A model generated the notes under the pieces. It did no database searches. It saw nothing but the letters and a program-made list of their open reading frames with translations, and was not told the DNA's origin. The position numbers were made by a program, and so were the translations under genes. A stretch of DNA of 64,000 bases, taken from the NCBI GenBank assembly GCA_036172245.1, contig JAYWIR010000008.1, positions 2,604,001 through 2,668,000 of the forward strand. The letters run 5' to 3'. Each line of letters opens with the position of its first letter. Position 1 is the stretch's first letter. Origin of the DNA: Raillietiella orientalis (Eukaryota). Below are positions 14,162 through 32,800 of the stretch, one piece after another.

Positions 14162-14188
14162 GGCCTTTTGGCTAAGATCAAAGTGTAG
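14162..14188 (+). pseudogene. 5' fragment of U2 snRNA (stem-loop I through start of branch-point recognition sequence)
   Basis: ggccttttggctaagatcaaagtgtag matches about nt 11-37 of metazoan U2 (GGCCUUUUGGCUAAGAUCAAAGUGUAG, invertebrate-type AAA). The first 10 nt and everything after GUGUAG are absent. Confidence 0.8.
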
Positions 14189-17171
14189 ATCCCCCCGTTT
14201 TCGTGCATCCTCTAGTGACCAGCAGCCTGCGAGATGGCTTCCTCGTAGGTTCCGTCCTTCCGTAGCCGCTGCGGGGTTCGTTTCATTCTTCGGCGGAACT
14301 ACGTGTGCCGAGCCTAGAGGAGCGCAGACCTCGGTCAGAGGCTTGTCTTTCGCTCTCTGCCCTTTTTTGGAGGTGAAGTCTCGAGCTGCCTTCCTGTGGC
14401 CGAAGGACTCACCACCTCTGCAGCACCGCACACTATTTGCCGGCCGTGGGGCACCTGCTTTCCGTTTTCCGCTGCAGCAGAGGGAAGGTCTTGGACTTGT
14501 TCTTTAGCCCGAGGGACCGTTGCAAGGAAACCACAGGATGCCATCCTTCTGATGCTTCTCTTCTCTTCCAGTTCGTCCGGGTTTTCTTGCGGACTCCCGG
14601 CACAGGGAGCGCGTGGGACTTCAGAGAACCGCAGCGTTGTGACCTCATGCCTATGCGAATGGACCTATGGGAATTTTTTTTTTTAGCAAAAAAATTTTTT
14701 CCTCGGAAAATACGGGCAAAGTCTGCGCTTGAATTTTCGACATTTGAAGTTGTGGATGAAACAACGACGTTTTCATTGTCATCGTCATTATATTTTCAGC
14801 AAGAATTTATTGATCCCCATCAAGTTTTTGATTCCAAACTCATCCCGCTTGATCGGCGTAAGGAAAAGTGTATCGATTAATTTACCTCTATTGAAGATAG
14901 CCATTGTGTAGCAAACACAACCCTTTTAATTATGTATGTTTACGTTACACGTGGCGTGGAACGTAATATTTGTGGTGGTGATAATATCTGTGGGAGAGTG
15001 CTGAAGTTTCCCGGGATGGTGCGGGCGGCAAACGAACCGTGCCGTCGGCGCGCTCAACGTAACGCGTCGTTTCGATTGTTACGTCACTGCAGCTCGGTTG
15101 GTCGATCGCGCTTTGGCTGGAAGCGCGTCATAATGCGCTCTGCTCTGGAAGTTGATTTGCGCGAAGTGAGCACCGGCGGCGACGGGGTAGACCGAACCAT
15201 CTCGCGCGCGCGTGCGGAGGGGGGGGGGGGCACGCCGAGTCCTCGAGGGACGTCCCAAGCGCCACATCTGGGCGAAGCCGAGGATGGAGCAGCGCGCGAG
15301 GGTCGAGCAGGAGCTGCGAGTACCGGAGGTGGATCGCCACACCTCTCCGGCAGGCAGCGGCGAACCCGGGGCGGAGCCCGCGGCGCCGAGGGATTTTCGT
15401 TCTCCCCCCCCCCCTCCCCCGAGAGGCCCAGCCAGAGGAGGAGGAGCCAAGGGAATGAGGAGCGGACATCATGAAGGACGCGAGGGGGGAAAGAGATGCA
15501 TCGCATTCGTCCCGTAGGAGGCACCGAGCAGCGCTGTCTTCGTGCCGACAGACCGCTGCTGACGGCACTGCGTTCCAGAGTCACGGCGCGGCGCGAGAGA
15601 GAACCATCGCCGTCGGTGGAGGGCGGGGCGGGGCGGCACCCTTGGGCAGGGAGGGGGGAGATCTCCAAGGAAACGTCACTGTCGGCGCTTCCGTCCCGAA
15701 ACTCATCAAGTTGGTCCATCGCAACCTCCGACCTTCTTGAGATGCGGCCCGCTTGTCGCCGCCGAGGTGTCCAGCGTGGGAAGGACAGGTGCGACCCGTA
15801 ATCCGAGGCTGTGCCATCTTTCATCCGTGGTCGAGCGGCAGCTCGGATGCTGGGACTGAGAGTCGGACACAGGGCAGGAAGGAAGCTGGGGGAGGGAAGA
15901 GGGGCAAGGGGGGTTGGGAAGCGTGCTGCGTCTGTCCGTCCGTCCGATCGATCTCTCCTCAGCTCCGGGCCACGCCCCGCGCCCCTGTGGCGGCGTCCGA
16001 CGTGTCCTCCGCTCAGGGCGGTCGGTGCGCACCGATGCGTGCGCGTACTTTCGTCAGGGACGGACGGGCGATCGCGCGCGTTTCCCTGGGCGGCCGCCTC
16101 ACCCCCTGCCGTCACGACCACTCTCTGCTTCTGCCCACCTATTCTGGGCATCACCAAGAGGAAGGCGACAAAAGTCGTTCCGAGCCGGGCACGGCGCCAG
16201 GTTTTTATTCTCCCGGGATGGTCGCGAGGGGGGTAAGTGAGGGAGTGGAGCGGTGCATAGCGTGCAATTCCGAGGACGGCGACAACGACGCCTTCCTTTC
16301 TGGGGGGCTTTTCCACCGAGGCATGAGGCAGGGGGCGAAGAACGTTTCTCCCCCACCCGCCTCCCACCAAACTCTGTTGTCGCGAGGCCAACTCCGCGTA
16401 GCGCCGCCGCAGTGGCGCCTTCTTCTCCCGGATCTGAGGGGAGACAACGGCGCCTTCCTCATCTCCACGAGCAGGCAGGTTCTCCCGTAGGGAGGAGGTC
16501 GACTGCTGGAACGCACGCGACCTCTCCTCCTCTCCTGCCTGAGGGGAAAGGGAAGGCGTCCTGATTCGTCGTCAGCCCCCTCTGGGGACGGGACGGGGCG
16601 CCCTGCCCCTGCCACAGTCGGGACGTGCCGCTCGGGCAGGATGCACCCACCTCACGCCGAAGGCGGGGCATCGCTCTGCCCCGAGCTCGGCCGAACCCGC
16701 GCATGCGCAATCCCGGACTCGAAAGGAGGGGAAATGGGGGGGGGGGGGGACAAAAACAAAAACAAAAAAATAAAATCTTCCCGTTGCAGGTGACCAGCGG
16801 CGGCTGCCACTGCCGGCGCGAGTGAGGTGGAGAGAGGAGGGCACGCGGAAGAAGCAGCAGAAGGAGACGCGGAAGGAACCCCTGCGAGCAGAGCATGCGC
16901 GACGCGGAGTCTCCGGCGCTCCCCGCCTCCTGCGATGCCGCAGCGCTCTCCAGTCGCCGCCGCCCGCCTCTCGCGCGCGGTGCCTTCCCGCGCGAGTAGG
17001 AGGGCATGCGGCGTGGGCACGGCCGTCCTCCTCTTCCCGTGCGTCGCCGCCGCCTCCGCGCTCCGAGCGGGAAGAGCGAGCGAGCGCGTCTTCCCCTCCT
17101 CTTCTCTTCCCGACCCCTCCCTCTCCCCTTCCCCAGTCCCGGCGCCCGCCCGCGGGCGGTGAAGCGCGTAG

Positions 17172-22553
<5,382 letters not shown>

Positions 22554-25254
22554 GCCCATCCACGCTGTTGTGATACGGTAGTGATGGACCTCTTGCGGAC
22601 GTATCCTCGTCGCCGCCGCCGCCGCCGCTGCTGCGGCGAGCGCGCGCGCGCGTGGTCAGTCGGGAGAAAATAAGACGTGACCCCCCCTTTCCCCTTCCTT
22701 TCCCCGAGATCCTGCGCGGCGACGTGGCTTCCTCTCGGCAGCCATCGCGACCTCGACCCCGAGTTCGCGCTCACGAAGCCAACAACAACAAAGATGGCGG
22801 CGACTGCATCGGCGCTGTACGAGCAGCACCCGACCGCCTGCACCCTCAGCCCGCCACCGGAAAGTGGAGAGCTGCAGAGGAAAGGACGATGGCTCGTCCT
22901 CTACAACCTGGAGGCGGACACCCCCCACGGGGCAGCAGCCGTGGGAAGGAAGGAGAGAACTCGCCGGCTTCGCCGCCGCCCGAGGAACAACGCTCCGCAG
23001 TTGACCGTGCACGTCACCGTCTGCAGCAGAATGCCCTGGGAAAGGTCGTGCGGACCGGCAGGAGGGCTCCGCGCTGCTGCACTTTTGACTTGGTGTGTTC
23101 GTGTTTTCCTTTCGTGTTGTGTTTTTGGTAACCCTGAGCGGGGTCTGTGCGCATGGCTGCTGTGAAGCGGGCACCCGCCGCGGGACCCCAGAGGGGAAAA
23201 GGTGCTCTTCTTGCGGTCAGCGGCGGCCTCCGGAGTCTTCCTGGCTCCTGCACTCCGTGTGCACGCGAGGAAGAGTTTCGGCGCCCCCGAATGGGTTCGT
23301 CGTTGACCTCCAGATCTCCTCAGAATAAAAAAGGGCAGCTCCCCAAATGTAGCCCGCGTCTTTCCTCCTGTTCTGGAGGCGGCGGCGGCTCCGCGTCACC
23401 TTTCGGGAGCTTCGCTCGAGACCCTGCGTTCCAGAAAGGCGGTTTCACCCACCGCCGCCACCACCACCTTCCACCCCGGTGTTTTCATCCGTCACCCCGG
23501 CACGTGCTTTCACGTACTCGTCCTCGCGAGCCCTGGCGGAAGACCGGAGGGCCTCGGGGCCAATCTTTGGACACAGATGAGGGTGGCTTCCCTCCTTTTT
23601 CTTCCTCCTCCCCTTCCAGGAGTCAGCGCCGGATCTCGTGAGGCGCCCGCGCCACCCGCCTCATGGAGCCTTTCATCCTTTTGACCCGTCCTCGAGGAAA
23701 GGCTCGGGTGACCACTTTGGGAACGCGGAGTTCTTCCCTCGTGATCCTTGACCGCCTCCCCCTCGCGAGTGTGGGTAGAGCGAATCCCGCTTTTCCCTTC
23801 CCACAGGGAGGAGCCTTCGGACGCCATGCGCATGTTTCGGCACAGCCTCCATACGACGAAGCGGAGGAAAAGAAACGAACCGGTATTCCCCTAGCAACAG
23901 CAAGCAGACGGGGAAGAGCCCATCGCCTAGTCCTGCTCCGCTTCGGCGGTTGGGGAATGTGGCGTCCGGGATTCAAGGCGTTCCTCTGCTTGAACGCAGC
24001 TGCCGCAGGAGGCAAAAGACGCGGACGAGGACTCCGCCCGAACGTCGAGGGAGCTCTCCCGGTAGTCGGGCTGCTTGAGAGTGGCAGCCCTGAGCAAGTG
24101 GCAGACTCCATCTGAGGCCCAGCTTCCAAGGGATCTCTTGTTTTCTCCTGTTGGTTCCCATTTGATGCAAGCCCTTAGTCCTCGCCTCTTGGCGCAGTTC
24201 CGTCAACTGCACTAAGAGACTCTCCGTCTTTCCCTCCGAAAACAAAGCATGGCCTCCTCTCCCCCATCCTCCTCCATCTCTCTTTACATTTCCGTCGCGG
24301 AGATTCTTATCCTGATGCTCCTGTTTGCCGCGATCATCACGGAGCCCACCAGAGAAAAGGCGCGTACCGACCCGGGACTCTTAACCTCAGGCCGGAAGCA
24401 CTTTTCTCTTTCTGCTCCAGCACCGTGCAGCGGACAAGCGTGCCAAGATCGAGGGCGCGCGCTGCTCGAGACGGGTCTGGTCTGGATTCACCTCATTCCT
24501 GGAGACCCTCCTGCTTCACCAGGCACTTTGGGGGATGGTTAGCGACGGAGGGACTCTATCGGGAGGATGGAGGAGGTACCGCGTGCGCAGCCCCCAGCCG
24601 GAGGGTCCGGAGAAAGCGGAGGTCGCAGATTCCTTCCGGGTAGAGAGCGAATGCGCACTCGCGGCGATGGGCGTTGAGGAGGGCCTCGTCAGGCCATCTG
24701 CACAATGCTGGAGGGACACCTCCAGTCCTTCCAGATGGCCTGGCAGACCACCTCCCCAGACGAGTCCCCCGGACGCGAACTTGCCCAGGTGCGCTCCCGT
24801 GGGACGGAGGGCCCCAACACTCGGGCATCTGCAATCAGCAGGGCCGCCAGTAGGAAATGCGCACGCGTTCACGTTCGGTCATCTTGGCGTTCCGGTGCGT
24901 ATAGGCGTGCCAGTTGCCGCGCTTCGGAGGCTGTGTCCCGGATTTGCAGATGACAAAGACGGAGAATTCCCAGAATAGAGCACTCTGGACCTCGTGGCGG
25001 GCCGAATCTGAACTATGGGTGCCATCGATGCCTCAACGCCGAAGACCGAAGGCTCTGGCGCCTGTGGCATTGTAGAAAGAAGAGCAAAAGAGGGAGATTT
25101 TCGGCAGCGCACGCCGTTCTTTGCCCGCGTTGGCAGCGGCGTGGCTGGAGGGGTCTCCGAGCGTCGCGGGTTCGGATTCCGCCTAGGGAAGGAAGGACCG
25201 ACTCCGAGAAAGGGGGGGGTGCGTCGTGTGTTTCGTGCACCCCTACAAGATGAC

Positions 25255-25712
25255 GCTAGTTGGCCTTGGTGGTTTCGGGTGAGGCACCGGTAGGAACCGG
25301 ATGCCCTCGTTGACTGGCCGGGACTGAAAGTTGATCCGGGGTCCTTCCAGGAATTAAGGAGTCTTTCAGGGTTCCCTTCCGGTTGTGCGAATGGAGTCGC
25401 CCATATCCTGGGGGGGAGACTCTCCATCGCGCACCAGGGAGCTGGATGATACCCTCCCTCGGGGCATCAACCACTCCAGAGTGTGAAGAAGCCAGTTACT
25501 CCATTCAGGGTTCTCTTCGGAGGAGGAACCGAGGAGCGTTTCCTTTCCAGGGGGTCCCTCTGGAGAAGAAACGAGGGTCGGCTTTCTCCAGGGGTGCCTC
25601 TGTAGAGAATGAGGAAGAGGTGGTTCCCTTCGAGGTTCCCATCCAAGAATAAGAAAGGAACGGGCCCCTTCCTCCGAAGCCCTTCCTGGATTCATAGGGC
25701 GGTCCCATCGGG
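25255..25712 (+). repeat. Dispersed repeat copy 3, inverted and more diverged
   Basis: ggggtccttccaggaattaaggag (near 25340) and ccttcctggattcatagggcggtcc (near 25682) are near reverse complements of ccttgattcctggaaggaccc and ggtccgccatatgaatccaggaagg in copies 1 and 2. Confidence 0.75.
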
Positions 25713-26364
25713 GTCACCCTACCCACCCCCATCCCTGACGTGAAGAGGCGCTCGCACCCTCGGTCGGCGTGGACAGCGCCAAAGAGCGTGGCATGGCAAT
25801 CAGTCAGTCCCTCCTGGTGGATGCCCCGCGGCTTCCGGGGCGCTGCCGATCGAAATCCCGAACTCGAGATCTCGAAAGATGATAAACAAATATGTATGCT
25901 TCTTGTATGTACTTAAAAAAACTTGTATATTCATGTATAGATTAATAGGAATATGATTTTCAACATAAGTGCTTATGAACATGCACATTATTAATATAAT
26001 CAGTACTATGTATTAATATGTATGTACGTAAATTATTAAGTACTCAATAACAATATGTACTAATATATGTGTATCTAAAGTTATAAAAATAAACACGTGT
26101 GTTTATCATATATTTTGCTATACATAATTAATGTACAGTAAATGCGTACTCATTAAATTGTAAATATCGAATTGTAGTAAAAAATGATGGTGAAAAAATA
26201 GTGGGAAAGAAACAAAAAATGTATAATAAACACATGTGTTTATTTTCTGTGTAACCTTTAATATATATATTATTAATTTTATTAACAATATGTATGTTAA
26301 TAAATAAATAAATAAATGTGTTTCAATACACTCGCAGGTAAAGGTGTACAACAAACGCCTGCAT

Positions 26365-29263
26365 TTATGTTATTTTTTCCGGTGTTTCGACGGAATGACT
26401 TCGAGACTCCGCGGCCGCGATCCCCAGCAGCCGCATCCTGGAGACAGCTCTCTTGGATCGCTTCTCCAGGAGGCTCCGGGAGCCGTCTCCCTCGTTGTTT
26501 CCAAGCCCGCCACTCAGAAGTTCGTTGGAACGGAATGCATAAAGTACATAGGAGGAATGCTTTGTACACTGAGCACACCGCTCGCCGTCACGCAGCTCGG
26601 CAGCCGGGACAGTGGGAAGAGTGGGACGAAGCCAAGGAGGGGCAAAAAGCAACGCGAATAAAACAGGACGAGGACGGGAGATCACCGGGAAGTCGCGTTC
26701 CCGGCGGCGGGATCGGGACAGGGAAGGGGCAAGTGGACCGGCGGTCGAAAACCCTGGCCGGCGGAAACTGCGACGAGTCCTCCGGAAGCCGCCCGATTGC
26801 CCCACCCCCGCGCGTGGCCCAGCTCAGGGACGCATTCCCCCTAATCCGGTGGCGCTGCGTTTCATGAAGGCACCTCGCGTTGCCACCGAGCCGCGCAAGA
26901 GGACTGTGGACATCGCAGCTCCCCACTCCTGGACGGGAGGATCACTCGGAATGGGGAGGCCTCTTCATCATCCCTGCACGTCCCGTCCGCATGAAATCAC
27001 GCTGCTGTTTCCAGAAATCCTCCGCCCACTCTCGCGTGGGTGGGCACCGGCTCTTGTTGGGCTTTCGCGTTCGGGGAGGTCCCCGCGAAGGAAACGGGCG
27101 GAGGTCGTCCCAAGTTTCGCCGGGCTTGAACAGACATCGCGGCAACCGCGAGGCGTCTCGTCATGTCGAGGTGTGGCTTCGCGGTCTCCAGCTCTCTCGC
27201 GGAGTCACCTCTGCCCTTGGAGGGATACTCAGGACAACCGAAGAGCCAACTCGGATGGTCACCTGAACATCCGTGGAGTCGACAATGAGGCGGAGGTGTC
27301 TTCGTATTTGGTCACCTCCCTTCCTGGAGTACTTCTGAACGCGTCGGGCAGGGGCAGCGCTGCGGCGGCCCCTGGCATCCCTGCGATGGAAGAGGCTTCG
27401 TTCGGGAGGTGAGAAGCGGTGCAGCGGCATCTGGCACCCCTGAAACGAAGGAGGCGCAGGCTTCCTTCAGGCGGTGAGAGAGGGGCGCGGCGGTCTCGGG
27501 CACCCTTCATGGGGACCAGATCTCCCCTTGCGCGATACGGGATCCTGACGGAGACGAATCGTCTTCAAGGATTACCTTGCAGGAAACCACTCTCCAGCTA
27601 CTGCCTTCAGCTTCCATCCACGGGGATGATGGAGGAGTCCGCCCACCAGGGCAGTGCTCGAATGCAACTCTAGGTATTGCGCGTCCTGGAGTCACCGCAC
27701 ACCGACCAGCCGCTCATCGACTTGCTGACCGCAACGCTGGGAATTTCCGCACCTAGCAGGCTGACTACCCAAAGGGTGGGCAGTGCTGCGGCTAGGCAAG
27801 GGGGCAGCAACGTGTGTCTTCTTCTTGGACTCCCATTGTCCTCGGGGTAGCTCCTGCCTGGGAGCTACCCCGAGGAACTGGAGGAGGCTGTCTGTGTAGA
27901 GCACCCGCAGCCTCCTGCCGCCACGCGCCGATCCATTGACCGGTAGGAGATCGCGCCTGCAGCAGAGGGCTGGGGGGCGTGGTTGTCGTCAGAGAGACCG
28001 TCCCCTCATGGGCATTCAAGAGTGAGGGCTGTCCGCCTGGTCGGTTCGGAAAAAAAACTCAGCCCTTAGCTCGGCACTGCCAGAGGGTTTTTCCGCTCCA
28101 GTTTTCGGTGTTGCCCGGGAAAACGGACCAGGAGAGATGCCTAGGTCGAATCCCGACCCAAGGTTGACCCTCGCGGTGTGGGCCGTTCGTGTCCAGGCCG
28201 GCCTCTTCCAAGTTGACTCAGAGAGAGGGGCAGGCGGCGGAGGCGGGCGGGCAGCCCCTCGATTTCACCAGGCGCACGGGAGGAGGAGGGAGCGAAGAGA
28301 CCCAGGATGATCTTGAAGCCCGCCACTGCCGATCCACTGCCAGCTCGCCCTGTGCATTCCCCATCAGGTCAACCGGGGGGTGTCTGCGGTGGGAGGCAAA
28401 AATTCTCCATCGCCGCCAACCGACGCCCCACCGGGAAGACCGTGCTCAGGCTCCGAGCTGTGTGAAAGCGCGCTCCTGTGGAGGTAGGCTGGGGAGGGGC
28501 AGCTCCCCCTTCCGGTGCGGTCGCTGCCACACCCCCTCGAGAATCCAGGAGGGTGGCAGAAGGAAGCGGCCGGTTTTCCGACGCGGGCAATGTGGTGGTG
28601 GCCGTCTCCCGGGATCGTCCCGTCCGGACGGCTTTGCGCGTGCGCAATAAGCCTCCGCGCGCACTTCCGGGTCGCGACATCAACATCTGCAACCGGGGCG
28701 GGGGTGGAGCAGCCGGCCGAAGAGGCGGCGCGCCGGAAGGCCACAGAGGACACCTCGGCTCCTGGAACCGGGAATCGCCAGGCGCGAGGGGCGTCCCGAC
28801 CACCCTGCCGAGGCGGGCTTGCGGGTCTCTGCCTGCTGGCATCCCTCGGAACCCACGCCTGACGCCGAGGACCGGTTGCCTCCTCGTCCAAGAAGCTTTT
28901 GCTTTGCCCTCTCCCGCGTGTTGCCAACGAAAGCTCCGATCCTGGGGGGGAGACTCTCCATCGCCCGGGGGTGATCTTTGACCCTGCCCCGCCTTCCACC
29001 CCTTCTCCCATCGTCCGCCGTTCCGCAGTGGCGCTTCTGGGAGGAGCCTCCCCCTCCTCGGGTGCGTCATCGGCGCGTTCGCTCCGCTCAGGGACACGGA
29101 CAGTTCTCCCTCAAGCTTCCGGCGGGTCCTCGGAATGCGACCCTCCGCGCGTGCAGCGCCCGACAGAGGGAGAGAAGGCGAGGGACCGCCCTCGTGAGAA
29201 AAGACCACCGGTCGGGGTCTTCCGTGGCGACGGAAAGCTACCGAGCGGCCTCAGCCGGCACCG
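26365..29263 (-). mobile_element. Heavily decayed LINE ORF2 (RT C-terminus and zinc finger)
   Basis: Minus-strand remnants DAQYLEL...GWKLKAV (cf. KYLG...W) near 27600-27690 and LPTVPAAELRDGERCAQC (zf-RVT-like) near 26560-26620. There is local DNA similarity between 27538-27590 and 30453-30505. Confidence 0.4.
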
Positions 29264-29815
29264 GAATCCAGGAAGGGCTCGCAGTCCGTTCCTCTCACGC
29301 TTGGGGAGGGATCCCCCTCGGACGGGGGGGATCGCATCTCCCACCCTGGTTGTCTCCGAAGGGAACCCGGGAAGGATCCGCTTGTAGAAATTTCTTCTCC
29401 GGAGGAAACTCGCAAGGGAACCGCTCCTGTTCACTTCTCTGAAGTGAACCCCGAAGGGACGCTTCCGAAACTCAGAAGGGGTGCTGCAGCTTCCCGCAGG
29501 AGGATTGCTCTCGCTTGCTTCCTTGCACTCTTCTGGAGAGGCAGCGACTCGGAGGGTCCCCCCCGCAACAAGGAGGGTCCGTTTCTTTGAACAACTGGAG
29601 AGGTGCCCGTGAGGGCTCCTGCTCCATCTTGAAACCGGAGGGGTCCTCCCGGTGTGGGGGATCCGCTCTCCGTTGCACGACCGAAGGGGAAACTCCCCAC
29701 TCCTTGATTCCTGGAAGGACCCAAAGGTCGACTCCCATTGTTCCGGCCTTCATCGGGGGCCTCTGGCTTAAAAGACCACCGGTGCCACGTCCGAATGATT
29801 AGGCCAACCAGTGCC
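29264..29815 (-). repeat. Dispersed repeat copy 1 (about 550 bp, internal 40-50 bp subunits); probably a LINE ORF1 region
   Basis: Closely similar, in direct orientation, to 33585-34210 (e.g. gaatccaggaagggctcg.agtccgttcctctcacgcttgggga; ccttgattcctggaaggacc). Confidence 0.85.
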
Positions 29816-29899
29816 GTTGCAGGAGAAACTCGGAACCCAACGACGCAGTGGCGTCAGTTTCTGCTGGAGTATTCGAACCTGCGACGCATGGTGCCACGC

Positions 29900-32800
29900 G
29901 GGGAAGCCTTAACCACAAAGTCTCCGACGCGGGCCGGCGAGAAGGAACTACTAGGAGTCGGGATCCATCCAGGCGACCCCCTCTCACTCAAGACTACCCA
30001 CGCGTTTGTATTTATCTACAGCCTCCTCCTCCCCCCTCTTCAGGGCGAGAGGCGGGGCCTCTCTTCGCGACCGGACGTCTGGATATCTCGAAGGCAATGC
30101 CAACAACACTTCTCGCCTCTAGCGGCAGCGAGCGTGTGACCCCTACTGAGGATGTTTGTCCTCCCTTCTTTTGCTGCAGGAGAGCTGCCCGAGGCGACAG
30201 AGAGACAGGTCAGGGGCAACCCGCCGTCCCGCAATCGGAAAGGGTCGACCGCAGCGTTTCGTGCATCGCTCAGCGTGGCCCGAGGATGAGCGGAGCGCGT
30301 GGTCCGCGCCGCGGCAGCCCGGTGGGCTCCCCGCAGCAAAGCGCCCGCCTGAACTTCGGGAAAGGAAACGCCCTCCGAAGCGCCGCTGCAGACCCATGCG
30401 GGAGGAGACGAAGGGCCTACAAGGACACCGCTCGCTTCATGAGCTTAGCATTGGGGATCCCAGACGGTGATCAGGAAGACAAGTGATTCCTTGCAAGGGT
30501 TTCCCAGACGAACCTGCGAACACGGAAGCTCCTAGATGTATCCAACTTCTCAAACTGGCCTCTCCCTTTCACGGTCCTTCGGCATACCGGAACTCCCAGC
30601 GTGTGGACATCCTGCGGCGGCTGCTGGGCAACTGCTCTTGCCGACGGCTCCTTCCCACCACAAACCTGACCGGCAGGTGGACTTCTTCCGGTTCGGACCA
30701 CATCCTCTCTCCCCGCCCGAACGAAGCCCGCGCCTCCTCGGTGACAGGGGTACAAAGTGCCGCGTTTCACGTCCGCGGTGGTGGTTCTGAACTCCATGAC
30801 TTCTTCATCGGCCGCCATCCAGGGGACCGTCGTTCGGTTCGGAAGGTCTTCGAGCGCGTTTTCCGCTCCCGCTCGTCCCCTAGGGGCACAGTCGGTTTCT
30901 CTGTGACATGAATCACGGGAACCTCGAGCTCCCTTCGCTGTGGAATAGGTTCCTTCCTCGCGATGACCGCTCACGCATGGGCAGCGGGAAGGGGCTCTCG
31001 TTTTGACCTGCCTGCGTCTCTGGAAGGGGAGGGGGCCGAAGCCAATGCGAGGATGGACCGTCCCCCTCCCTCCCTAAAAATCGAGTTTCGAATCGAAAGA
31101 GCGGTTGGGATGGGAGGGGAGGACGTCCCGCGCACTCTCCTCCACGGCGAATGAGGAACCAGCCGAAGGCGGTCGGTGGATGCTGTACTTGACGCGCGGC
31201 TGTTGGTGCCGTCCCCGCCTCACCCTCCGGCTCTCTCTCGGCACTTCCCTCGTTGGCAAACATCCCGGATTCCCCGGAAGTGCCTGCCTCTTCGGGAGGG
31301 CTACGATCGCTGAGGTCGCGACCCTTTCACGAAGGCAGCCTGCAAGCGTCCGGGGATGTCACAGGAATGTCCGGGGGTCCCGCTAGAGCGGGAGAGCAGC
31401 AAGCAGCTCCCCTTCCCCCTTACGAAAAGGATGGGATGGTGCTGAGTGGTCTCCCAGTGGGGGATGAATCGAGAAGCCGTTGGCTATCATGGCGGCCATC
31501 TCAGATGAAGTGCCCGCGGCACGGATCTTGCAGCGGCTACTCACCCTCAGGACGCGCGCATGTTGCTCAGCAGCAGCACCCGCACGCGAACGGGGCGGAG
31601 CGGAACCTACGCTGCGCACCCTGGTGCGTAGCGCTTTCGAAGAAGCCACGCTCTCTGGAGGAAGGGGGGAGAGGGGGATGGGGTGGAAACGAAGCCACCA
31701 GCGAGTTGACCATCTCACCGAGTTGGGCAGAAATAGCATGCTTGAGGAGGGGCGCCAGCAGCAGCTGGCTCCTCTCTTGCGTCAGCATAAAGTGGCGGGC
31801 GTGTGCTTCTGTCGCCGCAGGCGTGAAGCCCGCGCTCCCTCCTCGGTCGTCCCTCGCCGCTCCCGACGATCCGAACGGGAGCGCACGCTAAGGGGATCGC
31901 TTCCCGCTGCCTATTCGATGCGGCTCGCACTCTCATCCTTTCCTCCCCCTCTTCCTAATCCTCATCATCTTTCCCAACTTCATCTTCTTTTTCTACTTCT
32001 TCATCCTCACCATCTTCCTCTTCCTCTTCTTCTTCTTCATTGTCTCCATTTTCTTCTTCTTCTTCTGCCTCCTCCCCAGTCCTGCTTCTTCCCCCCGCTT
32101 TCGTTTCGGGCCTGCAGATGACGCTCCCTCCCCAGTTGCACAGATTCCATCTGTTTCTTCTAGAGGAAGGGCCCGGCAATCCAGGATGAGAAGCTTCATC
32201 TCTTTCATGAAACTCGGCCGCAGCAGGACCGCAAGGCTCCCGCGGACCGCCTCCTTCAGATGCCAGGCGACGCGAAACCATCCCGGTTCTATTTTTAGAA
32301 GTGCGCGTGGGAAAGGCAGGAGCGAGGCCGTCATCTAGCGGCGAGGCGGAGAGCGAGCGCTTCGACCTGCGCCTCGCACAACGAAAGGCGCGCGGACCCG
32401 CGCGGACGACCAGAGAAGATGAATCCCCGGGATCCCAGATGCGCCGGGCCGATTTGTTTGCGATCGATAAGCAGGTAAACGTTTGCAGAAACGCCGGAGT
32501 TTCATCCGCGAGGCCAAGCTCCCTGGCAGGGTATGGAACCGGAAAGGGAATGAACAGGAAGCAGGAAGGATGGGATGGAAGGGGGGGGGGAAGGTGCTAA
32601 TACATCCCCGAAGGCCCGTTCTGGAGGGGAGAAGGGGCGGCCTCGGATTTTTGTCCCCAGTTTTTGTTCCTCTTTTCCCTTCCTCCTCCCCCTCCCCTCC
32701 TCCCTTCCCTTTCCCTCTTTCCTACTCGTTTTCGAGGTCGCGCGGGAGCAGCGTTTTCTGGCAGCTGAAGCGCATCTGCCCGTCGCGAGCTGCACGACCT

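Noticed and set aside
31955..32334. Poly-E/D and poly-K ORFs
   Set aside because: Products of a (TTC)n-like tract with no splice or domain support.
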